Origin: Eledone cirrhosa
Taxonomy: Eukaryota
Direction of reading: 5' to 3'
DNA length: 64,000 nt
NCBI GenBank assembly: GCA_964016885.1
Contig: OZ024742.1
Coordinates: 183,148,001-183,212,000, forward strand
Shown here: positions 30,346 through 41,479 of the stretch, in pieces
Numbering within the stretch: the stretch's first letter is position 1
How the letters are laid out: each line of letters starts with the position of its first letter
Program-made: the position numbers and the translations under genes
The notes under the pieces: model-generated
The model's input: the letters and a program-made list of their open reading frames with translations, nothing else
Database searches by the model: none
Told to the model about the DNA's origin: nothing

Positions 30346-30670
30346 GGTTTGTTGATTCACCACTAGATAGAAGTAGTCATTCCGTATAGTCAATCATGAT
30401 GTAATATTAGGAAAAGCACTCGACGTAATGTAACACATCCATCTTCGTTTATGTTGAATCTTGTTGGTGGTGCGAGAATGGAATTAATTATTATTGAGTA
30501 AAATGACAGGAGGCTGGGCTGGTGAAATTCCTTAAAGATTTATTACAAATACTATGCACATTTCAATGACCGGGTTCCTATAGAACCCGGTCATTGAAAT
30601 GTGCATAGTGTTTATAATAAATCTTTAAGGAATTTCACCAGTCTCGCCTTCTGTCATTTTACTCAATAAT
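30346..30670 (-). mobile_element. Family C element with ~180-bp palindrome centred on hammerhead stem II
   Basis: Arms 30490-30577 and 30583-30670; tail homologous to 36030-36178, 23100-23158 and 14905-14960. Confidence 0.85.
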
Positions 30671-31542
30671 ATATATATATATATATACAATTACACATAT
30701 ATTTATACACACACATATATACACATATGTATACATACATATACACAGACATATATATGCATACTTATACATATATATTTATATACATAATATACGCATA
30801 GGTGTATATACATATATATATATATATATTTTATTCATATGTAACCCATTTGCAACCACGCAGCACGCCATGTTTTCATATTTTTCATATATTTATATAT
30901 TTTCCTCCGCTGTGACCCGTCTGTTTCTTTCTTACTGCTTCCCCTTTCTCCGTATCTCTCACTTACTTTTACCCTCTCTGCCAGTCACTCTCTCTGTTAA
31001 CCTCTTCCTCACACTTTCACTCACTCACTCTCTGCAACTCCCTCTCCTACTTCCTCCCGCTTGACCTGTGCGAAATTCTTTCCTTACTCACATTTCGACA
31101 AGGTCGGATGGTCTTTATTCTCTCTCGTCTACGATTTCACAGAACTTATGTTCATCGATTTCAGGGACTTGACTCCTTCTTCCTCACTTTTCGTTGCATT
31201 ACCATCTTTCTTTGTTTACTGTCTCGCTCGTTCCCCTTATTTACGTGTCCCAACGACTTTCTTTAGCCGTTGCTCGCACCAACCAGAGGTATATGGTCTT
31301 TAAAGCGATGAAATACCAATGAAGGCTGGAAGATCACTGATGAAGGACTAAATTTATTCATATATATATATATATATACACATACATGCATGTATCTACG
31401 CACATATACATATATATATATATATGTATGTACACATATATCTATACACATATATACATATATCTCTTCACACTCTTAAATTCTTATCAAATTTTGCTGT
31501 GTCCTGTTCTCTCTTTCTCCCTATCTATTTTGTTGCTATCAA

Positions 31543-34500
31543 AGCTTCTAAATGACCTCAGGTCATGTAGTATAAATGTAATGGTTATCTGTGAGACTCG
31601 AATCAGCGTCATGCGGCAGCTGGCCCCCACCTTCGATGACTTTGAGGTGCATGCATCTCTCTGTCAACCTGGAGGTGGGGGTGGGGTTGTCGTGCTGCTG
31701 CAAAAACACCTGGGTCTTGCCGTACAGGTTGTGCACTCGGACCCGGAGGGTCGTTTGTTGGTGCTAGACGTTGGCAGTAGTGAAAGTGCGGCCTTGAGAC
31801 TGGTCGCCGTCTACTCCCCTTTCGGAGCTGAACGGCCCGACTTCTTCCAGCGTTTGGAGACTTTTCTGGGAACGTCGCGTTCCCTGCTTCTAGCGGGGGA
31901 TTGGAATGACATCCTAGATGCACGTTGGGACTATGCAGGAGCATGTCCTAATAGAGGGGGGTGTAACAGCCTCAAGGGGTTACTCGACCGTTTTAACTTG
32001 GTCGATAGATATCGACTAGATTTTCCAACTGTGCCTACCTGGACTTGGAGAAACCACAGTGGTCAATCTAGATCGTACTTAGATAGATTCTTAGTTAGAA
32101 GTAAGGATAGGGACATATTAAGCTGTCCAGAAATGCGCACGGTTGGCTACACGGATCACAAATTAGTGACCTGCGTGGTCAATCTCGAGAAAACACATAG
32201 ACAGGGTCCCGGTTACTGGAAACTTAATTTGTCTTTACCGGCAAAAGAGACTTACAGAAACCGGATTAGCAGATTAGTTAAGGAGAGGTTGACGGGTGCA
32301 ATCGTCAACAACCGATGGTGGGCATCTCTCAAAAGAGAGATTAGAACAGAATCAATAAGTTATAGCAAGATGTTAGCTGCCAATAGGAATAGAAACGAGA
32401 AAGAATTAACAGGTAAATTAGAAGAGGCAATCAAGAGCGAAGATGTGGCCAGAGTGCTGGCATCGAGGACGGCCTTGAACCAGTTTTTCGATGCAAAGCA
32501 TGAAGGCTGCGTCATTCGAAGTAAAATACGTGCTCTAGGTAATGAGGGGGCCAAAGCCGTTGGATGGGCCCGCGTGACAGAAGCTAAAAGTGGAAATCGA
32601 TCCACCATCCGGTCGTTGCAAGACGAAGATGGACGAGTGATCCGGGAGCCTAAGCAGATGTGCGAGGCCTTTCAAAAGCACTTTGCCCGATTGTTCGGGG
32701 GAGGCGAGGGTCCGGGCCGGGGCGTGGATTTCGGTCCATACCTCGACGGCCTGCCGCGTCTCTCGAACAAAGAGGCAGAGTCCTGCGAGGGACCAATCTC
32801 GGCTGATGAGATCGGAGATGCGCTGAGCCAATGCAGCAGACGCAAATCTCCAGGTTTCGATGGTATACCTTACGAACTTTATTTAGCAATGCCGGTCTTC
32901 TTCTCCGAACTCCTCGAAGCGGTCTACTGCAATTAGCAGCAGAACGGGAGAATTCCTTGTTCTGTAGCCAAGGGCGTAGTCACGCTGGTGAGGAAGGACG
33001 AGAAAAAGGGGGATAGTATAAATAATTTTCGGCCCATAACCCTGCTAAACACAGAGTTAAAGATTTTGGCCAAGGTGTTAGCAAAGAGGTTGGCGCTTGT
33101 CGTGGGTGGCCTGGTGGGAGATGCGCAGACATGTGCTATCCCATCCAGGTCCATTCACGATAACCTCCACCTCATGCGATACATCATAGAGAGGGTTGGC
33201 AACAAACCCGGCTTCGGTGGGGCCCTGATCAACTTGGATCAGTCTAAGGCCTTCGATAGGGTCGACCATGGTTACCTGGATGCGGTGCTAGCGGCGGCTG
33301 GGTTCGGTCCTGTTTTCAGAGGCTGGATCACTGCCCTACATAGCAACCACATCTGTTCTAGGATCAAGGTGAACGGCTACCTTTCGAAGCCGTTCGAAAT
33401 CACACGATCCATTCGACAGGGGTGCCCTCTCTCCTCCCTTCTGTACGTATTGACTCTCGAGCCTTTACTGAGGAAGTTGGAGTTGTTGCAGGGTATCCCC
33501 CTGGAACCAGGATTGAGCAAAGCGGTGTCGGCCTACGCCGATGACGTAACAGTAATGGTATCAACCGACTCGGAGATCGAGGCGATCGGTACCTTACTGG
33601 AGGAGTACGAAAGGTTGTCAGGAGCGAAACTGAACCGGGAAAAATCCATCGGGCTGCAACTCGGAACGTGGAGAGGCAAACCGATGCCTCCTGACGGTGT
33701 CGTCGGACACTGGACGGAGGGCCCGGTAAAGTTGCTTGGGGTCTGGTTTGGACCGGACCTCCAGGTGGAAAAGAACTGGAACGAGGTTACGAACAAGGTG
33801 TTTGCACTAACCCAGAAATGGGCCAAGTGTAAGCTGTCCCTAAAAGGCCGGGCGGAGGTGGCGAACATTTACATAGCGTCCGTCACTTACTACCGCCTGA
33901 CTGTCGTGCCTTGCCCTAAGGAAACACTCACCACCATGGAACGCATGCTCTTCCAATTTCTTTGGAAGAAGCGTCCTCCTATGGTGAGAAGATCCATCTG
34001 CTGCCAACAACCTTCGAAAGGAGGGCTGGGGATGCCGTGGTTGATGATGCGTAGGCACGCATTAAGGCTACGGCACCTACAGGTATTCCTCACTGGTCAA
34101 CCGGTGTGGGCTCCGTTCGTGAAACGAGCCTTTCCGAGACTCGTCTCACTCACCGAGCTACAGTCCTGGGTCAAGCAAAGATCCGGAAAACTGGGAGACT
34201 GGCACACTGAGTGTGCTCAGGCGCTCAGGGCTCTCTGGCAAGCGGGCCGGGCCATCGGTGGAGAATCCACCTCATCATTCTATAGAGGGCTGGTGGCTAG
34301 CAGGGGCGATGACACCCTTGGAGAGTCGCTGGACATGGAAGAAGACGAACTGGCCAGCCTGTTCGGTAGGACTTTCGGCCCAGGACCAATGGACAACTTC
34401 CAGAAGTCACTGGCCTGGCAGTGCTACCGAGGGGCTCTACCCGTTCGAGAGAGGCTCTACAGACACGGGCGCCCGGGCAGGGATCCCTCAAAAAAGATTT

Positions 34501-35132
34501 GCCCTAGATGCGTGCGTCACGAAGAAACCGTAGCGCACGCATTGGTGCAATGTCCGGGCGTGGCTGATCTGTGGGGCTACGCCGAACAACTGCTGTCGCG
34601 GGTGGCGCCGATTAAATTGACCGCCGAGTCCGTGATGACAATCAAACCGCCTCCCCTCTTCACAAAGGAAGCAAAGGCGGTTTTTCTGTGCGTAATAGCC
34701 ATGTTGAAAGAGGTTGTTTGGTGGACACGATTGAAAGGTCTGAGGTCAGGCAACTTCCTCTCTGGCCATAGTCTGGTCTACTTCTTCCGATATCACTTCG
34801 GAAGAAGGATAAGAATGGAGAGAGAGGTGCTTGGCCACAGGCAGTTTTATGAAAGGTGGGTGATAGTGGCGAGAATGGCTCGTGTAAATGGGCCTTCTCT
34901 GTATACCATCCTGTAGGTAAAGAAGTAAAGGAGAAGGGAGCACCTTCTCCATGTGCTCCCCGGGCAAAGGATTGCACACTTTTTCGGGGGTGTGTGCAAC
35001 CCCCATCACGTCCCCTCCCTTTTGAGGTTATTTTCGATTATTTTCATGTTACACCCTTTTTACTCGATTATATGTAAACTCCCCCTTTGTATTTGTCCCT
35101 TCTTTTTATGCCTTTATGGTAAATAAAGAAAT
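31543..35132 (+). mobile_element. Tx1/L1-clade LINE, 5'-truncated, ORF2 (APE-RT-Cys/His motif) nearly intact
   Basis: GDWN, SYLDRF, TDHK, GPGYWKLN; FRPITLLN, LDQSKAFD, RQGCPLS, AYADD; CPRC..HALVQC. The two ORFs are in frame across one TAG (32934-32936). 22-bp TSD ctatctattttgttgctatcaa at 31521-31542 and 35133-35154. Confidence 0.95.
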
Positions 35133-35497
35133 CTATCTATTTTGTTGCTATCAACTCTTCCCCCTCTTTCTTTCTCTCCCTTTCTCCTTCTCACTTTCAC
35201 TCTCCCTCTCTCTGCTAGCCACCTCAGTGTTTCTCTCGCCTGTTCCTCTAGATGTCTCTTTCTCACTTACCCTTGAGGCGGTTAGATGTGTTTTTTTTCT
35301 CGTCCACACAATCTCGAACTTAAAAGTTCAGTAATTGATGTTGACTTTAATTTGAGTTGCTCACACACATGTGCTTCGGGTTTCCCTCTTCGGTTTGTTG
35401 TTTCCCGGTTTTTTTTCGCTGTTTTATTTTTCCTTTTTCTTCCTTTTTCCTTTTTGTTATTTTCTCTCGTTCATGCTTTCCTCTTATACATATATAC

Positions 35498-35528
<31 letters not shown>

Positions 35529-35584
35529 AAGAGAGAGAGAGGGGGGGGGGAAGAGAGATAGAGATAGATAGATAGAGAGAGAGA

Positions 35585-36178
35585 GAGTAAAATGACGGGA
35601 GGCCGGACTGGTGAAATTCCTTCAAAGATTTATTATAGCAAACACTATGTACATTTCAGTGACCAAGTTCCGTAAGATCCTTGTGACATCATCAGGTGTT
35701 TATTGCATAAAAGTTATATAATAAAGGAATAATGGTAAACACATTCCAAGAGGTTAAAAAAACAGAAAAATGTTTTTGACTCGAAGGTGGTCAGTCAAAC
35801 TGGCAAAACAACTGACCCTGCCCGCCTTCGAGTCAAAAACAATTTTCTCTGTTTGTTTAGCCTCTTGGAATGTGTTTACCATTATTCCTTTATTATATAA
35901 CTTTTATGCAATAAACACCTGATGATGTCACCAGGATATTACGGAACTTGGTCACTAAAATGTATATAGTGTTTGCTATAATAAATCTTTGAAGGAATTT
36001 CACCAGTCCGGCCTCCTGTCATTTTACTCAATAATAATCAACTCTGTTCTCGCACAACCAACAAGATTCAACATCGAAGATGCATGAGTTGCATAACGTC
36101 GAGTGCTTTTCCTAATATTACATCATGGTTGACTATTCGGAATGACCAGTTCTATCCAGTGGTGAACCACCAAACCTA
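35585..36178 (+). mobile_element. Family C element with ~205-bp-arm inverted duplication
   Basis: 35585-~35790 is inverted at ~35823-36029; the tail ends at (TA)n. Confidence 0.9.
35640..35701 (-). ncRNA. Type I hammerhead ribozyme, intact core (mirror copy 35913-35974 + has GAAA>AAAA)
   Basis: AAACAC CTGATGA TGT-C-ACAAGG...CTTGGT-C-ACT GAAA TGTACA TA/ GTGTTT. Confidence 0.8.
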
Positions 36179-36454
36179 TATATATATATATATATATACA
36201 CGATGGCTGCATCTTAACTGTCCACACCTCCCTCTCTCACACATGGTTGGCACGAACATGACTCTTTAGCCTCGATAAAGATTTACATCTCTTTCTGCAT
36301 TTTCTGTATTGTTAAATATCATTTTCACTTTGGTTCCTTTTAGTAATGATTTTTCTATTCTGAACATCACCTTCCAGCACAAAAACATCCATAAATGTAC
36401 ATGAAATAAGGGAGATCAGTAATTGATTTTTTTATTGTTTCTGATCGCTGATTC

Positions 36455-37220
36455 TGTGTGAGATGTTCATGTTAAGAGAATGCCTGAGCTGTCACCTGAT
36501 CACCTTCTAGTTCTTTGCAATCCACGACTAACTGAAGTCGAGAAGGTCCACAAAACTCGCATGTCCAGCTCGACCTGCAAGATGAAGTAGGAAGCATTGA
36601 CTGATGAGGATGACAGGATCGGCTATGCAGATACTATTGCATCCAAAGATTTTACAGAAGTCCCTGAACAAACTGAGGACGTTGAAACGGCGTAGAGACT
36701 GTTCAGTCCAGCAGTTTCTGCTGGGCGAAAGCACCTCGGTGTGGCAGGAAGCTCTGGTTCAATCAGGCAGCTAAAGATGACAACCGAGCAAAGGGGGCTT
36801 ACAAAGCGTGGCTTGGAAATAAGGCGTCTTTCTGGCACTTGCGGTGCAAGCAGGCGCGAAAAGTCGCAGCAGGGACAGTAAAGGCGTCCAAGGTTAAGAC
36901 AGGTGTTAAGCTCAGATCCGACTTTAGATTAGTGAATAAAGTATTCTGGTAGACCATTCGCCGACTTTGTAATAAGAAGTGCCCTTCCGCGCCTGCTATC
37001 AGGAAAGCGTCTGGGTAGGATGAAATTTGGCCCGAACTGTTAAAAGCATTAAATAGAGAAGGTATTCTCTGGCTAACTTGTACATGCCGAGTGACCTGGA
37101 TCTCTGAAAACGCACCTAAACAATGGGAATCGGGAGTGATAATCTCAATTTTGGAAGAGGGAGACAAAAGAGATTACTCTAATTATACAGGAATATCCTT
37201 GTTAAGCCTCTCCAGCAAAG
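36455..37220 (+). mobile_element. Decayed RTE-like LINE fragment
   Basis: DVHVKRMPELSPDHLLV; ASG*DEIWPELLKAL; PKQWESGVIISILEEGDKRDYSNYTGISLLS. Confidence 0.75.
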
Positions 37221-37659
37221 AGATTAAGCGTGACAGTGTATGATAAGGCTGGCTTTTTTAATTACAGACACAACTCATTTTTGCCAGCTGAATGGACTGG
37301 AACAACGGAAATCAAACTCACGACCTTACGATCGCGAGCCGAACATCCTAACAATTAAGCCACAGGCAGTAACACAATACTGACTTTACATCCAATCAAA
37401 TCATAATCTCAAAATATTCAAGTTTCATTTGTTCATATATTTTTGATTAGTCGGTTCCTTATTCTTTCATCCGTTTACTGCTTTCAGTCAGTAGACTCCG
37501 GTCAAACTGAGATACCGCCTTCATTTAGTCGATCATATTGCCCTCAGTACTTCTTTTGTCAAGTCAGGTACTTATTTTATCAATCTCTTTTTTTGTCGAA
37601 CAGCTAAGTTACGGGACACAGATATTTACACACCCGATATTGCTGTACTTGATAAAGCG

Positions 37660-38339
37660 GGTACCACCAGTGTTGAATAGGACAATTTTGAATCAGATGC
37701 GTTGGGATAGTTATATTGTCAGAATAGAAGATGAAAAGCTGCCCCAAAATATATTTTATGGTGGGGCTGACACGAGGGAAAATACCACAGCATAAACCAA
37801 GGAAGTGGTTTAAGGATGTCATAAAGAGCAATCAAAGCTCTTGAGATTGATATAGATAACTAGGAGGTGTTGACTGAAAACCGTACGTCATGGGGAAATA
37901 CTATCAAGAATGGATGTGATGTATTTGAGGAAAGACGAGTTGGGCACGCTGCTTTGAAGCTTTCACTCAGTAAGCAAGACCCAAGTGCAGTGTCCGCAGA
38001 AATTGAAACTTAATATGTAGACGACTTCTTTCAAGAGCTGGATTTGTCAACCACCTAAAGTCACATAAGCCAAGGAGAAATCGAGCTGCTTGTAAGATGA
38101 TTCTATCATTACACCCTCCACGGTACATTTGTACTGAATGTGGCTTAATTTGCAAATCAATTAGTGAACTAGCCAGACACGGTAAAATGCATAAAGATAT
38201 GACCCAGCCTGTGATGCCAGGAGATAGACATTTCATGTGTCACATTTGTGAATGTGTTTGCAGAACTCAAGCTGGGCTGAAAAGCCACCTGCGTGCACAT
38301 GATTGTGCAATGTTCAATGAAGAGATGGCTCTCTTCTGA
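37660..38339 (+). mobile_element. RTE LINE C-terminus with C2H2 zinc fingers, decayed
   Basis: QMRWDSYIVRIEDEKLPQNIFYG, KPRKWFKDVIK; CTECGLICKSISELARHGKMH and CHICECVCRTQAGLKSHLRAH. Confidence 0.75.
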
Positions 38340-38349
38340 CAAGAGGCAT

Positions 38350-38750
38350 CAGGTTGGGGGACCAGGTCATGAATTTTGCTGAAAGAGTTATAGCACAACT
38401 AATTAGGGATATAATCAAGTTATATGAGTTACAGTTGGAGTTATGCCAAATTGGGGTACTACCGATGCCCACTTTCTGGTGAGATAACTATGGGTTAGAT
38501 ACTTAGCTAAGAGTAAGCCACTGTATCTAACATTTGTAGATCTAGAGAAAGCCTTCGACAGGGTCCCACACTCTGTAATCTGGTGGTCACTTAGGAAGCT
38601 AAGTGTCAATTAATAGCTTCTAATGGTCTTGCAGACTATATATAAAGGTGCAACCAGCAAGGTGAGAGTTGGCAATGCATACAATGATGAATTCTATGTG
38701 TATGTGGAGGTCCATCAACGCTCAGTCCACTTTTGTTTATCATTGACCGT
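38350..38750 (+). mobile_element. RTE RT fragment
   Basis: YLAKSKPLYLTFVDLEKAFDRVPHSVIWWSLRKL. Confidence 0.8.
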
Positions 38751-40545
38751 CAGTGAAAAGTTTGTAACTGGCAAATTTTACCCCAAAACATACTGAGTTG
38801 AGGAGTGCCTACCCTTCCACGTTTTGTAATAGCAATAGGCATTGGTTTGTGAAAATGTCAAACTCCTTGCCGATCACTGCCATATGGAATGGTTACAGCA
38901 TATGTAAGGTTCTCTATAAGAGAAGTTGGTGTAGCATTCGTTTGTGAAAAAGGCTTTCTCTCCAGTTATATTAAAGTACTTCTCAAAGTGGTTCATACAG
39001 ACCCCTAGGGGTGAATAACATTTTAGAAGGGACGAATATAAGTTTAGCAATCTATAGGGGCGAATTAACAAGTTAACATTTATTAATGATTTTATAACGG
39101 AAGAAAACATTGCCAAATTATATAGACTAGTTGTTCAATAGTAGCGAATAAAGATGAACGCTGGACGATTTGGAGCTCAAATACACAAACCAGTAACCTA
39201 ATATTCGTCATCTATGTGTTCACCAAACCCATCCTTCCTATCAACAAATATCATTAAAGGTGTCTTTCAAGAAAAATGATTGGAAAACCATGATATTTTC
39301 GACATTGTCAAAACATCCTAATTGTAAGTGTATATCGTGAATTTGTATATCTTGATATCATTTATACTTAGTCCACTCAGCTGGCAAAAACGAGTTGTGC
39401 CTGTAATTCGAAGGGCCAGCCTTGTCACATTCTGTGTCACGCCGAATCTCGCTAGGAATTACGTTAAGAGTACATGTGTCTGTGGAATGCTCAGTCACTT
39501 GCACGTTAATTTCACGAGCAAGCTGTTCCGTTGATCGTATCAACTGGAACGCTCGTTGTCGTAACAGAAAGAGTGCCCAGTTATACTTACATATCAAAAT
39601 ATAATATAACAAATTTCTATGTAAAAACTACATATATTTTAAGTATAGGTACACATGTTTCGATAAATAGAATCACTATAAAAATGAAATAAATTATTAT
39701 ATGTAAGTACCAGTTATTGTTTGACGTATCTTCTTTCAATTTCTGTCGAATTGTTAAATTTTGTAACAAAATATCTAGATTAAGTCTTTTCCAAACATTC
39801 AAAAGGTAATTATATCCGATGCATGTTAAGTGTGAATGTATTTTAATGCCTGAAGCATTAAAAGACTAACAAGAAACAAGATACATGCTGCGAACAAACA
39901 ACGATATTAGTCAATGACTAATATATTTGTTCTCCATTAGCCAAGAGCATTCAAGTATGGCGTCCCAACTTACTATAGAGAAGAAAAAAGAATTGAATAA
40001 AGCAGACGACACTAAAGTAAAGCTCCGATTGGTTGAGATAGTCACGTGATTAAGTTCGGTTAAAACAACACACGACGCCAACCTGCTAAAACTTGATTGT
40101 ACGTACGCAAACAACATATTCCACTCTCTTCGTAATAAAGTTATTTATATATTTAGTAACAATTTAATTATTTAATTAATTAAAAACAACCAATGTCTTA
40201 TATATGTTTATATATACACACACATATATATATATAATTATATTTTTAATACCAAGTTTATACCTGTCCGACGCTGTGCGTAAACAATATTGTTGTTATG
40301 ATTGTCGTTTTGCCCGAGGCCCACTCTGATTGAGCAAAGTTATTATCAGAGACGTTCCATCGAAGGCCATTCTTTTTATTTTTGTACTGTATTATCCAAT
40401 GTGTCCTTTCAGCTTTAAGATGGTACAATTTCGTTTAAGGTAGATTTGACTGCTACTTCAAGCAAATAGAATAACCTCATAGTGACTCACTCGCTGGGTT
40501 GTACTTTAAATGTGGAAGGAAACATTTTATATTAATTGTACATAC

Positions 40546-40592
<47 letters not shown>

Positions 40593-40690
40593 ATACTTTG
40601 GGAGGGTCATGTTGCCAATAAGAAACACACGCACCAGTTACTTTCACTTCAATTTATTATAATAAATTTATAAACAAATTCAGAAACGAA

Positions 40691-40726
<36 letters not shown>

Positions 40727-40860
40727 GCAAGGTGTCCCAAAAATGTATACACACTTCAACAGCATTCTAATAAATATTGCCTATTCAGGTAATCCAAGTG
40801 TGTATACATTGGGGGGGGTTCACCCTGTATGTATATATATAAGGATGTATATATATAAAT

Positions 40861-41190
40861 GGAGGCACATGGCTTAGTGGTTAGAGCATTGGCTTTGCAA
40901 TCAAAAGGTTGTGAGTTCAATTCTCAGACCGGGTGATGTGTTGTTTCCTTGAGCAAGACACTTTATTTCACATTGCTCCAGTTTACTCAGCTGTAGAAAT
41001 GAGATGATAGGGACTGAGGTCCATATCATTCCACTGTAAAGTGGACGTGCAAAAAAGCACCCAGCACTCACTTTAAATGCGGTTGGTGTTAGGAAGGGCA
41101 TCCAGCTGTAGAAATCAAGCCAGAATCAGTTCCTGTCCCACCCTTGCAAGCAGGGAAAAAGCGGACGTAAAAATGAAATGATGATGATGA
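40861..41190 (+). mobile_element. tRNA-derived CORE-like SINE with RTE-derived 3' tail
   Basis: A-box tggcttagtgg, B-box gagttcaattc, ccttgagcaagacacttta; tail ggttggtgttaggaagggcatccagc...(gat)n is shared with the RTE ends at 43630 and 44940. Confidence 0.8.
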
Positions 41191-41479
41191 TATATTATTA
41201 TTACTATATATATATACAAACAATCGAAAGGTTGTGAGTTCAATTCTCGGACCGGGTGATGTGTTGTTTCCTTGAGCAAGACACTTTATTTCACGTTGCT
41301 CCAGTTTACTCAGCTGTAGAAATGAGTACCAGCCTGCCTGCCCAGCCAGTGGGTTGGCGTTATCTTATGGCTAAAACAGCACGACACGCTGTGACCAGCG
41401 GTGCCCGACAGACTGGTCGGTCAAGGTGATATACAAACACACAACATATTCATATATATTTAAACATATACACATGTAT

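Noticed and set aside
36601-36640. CTGATGAG as a hammerhead core (similar cases at ~5789, ~6210 and ~31334)
   Set aside because: No correctly placed stem II, GAAA and closing stems
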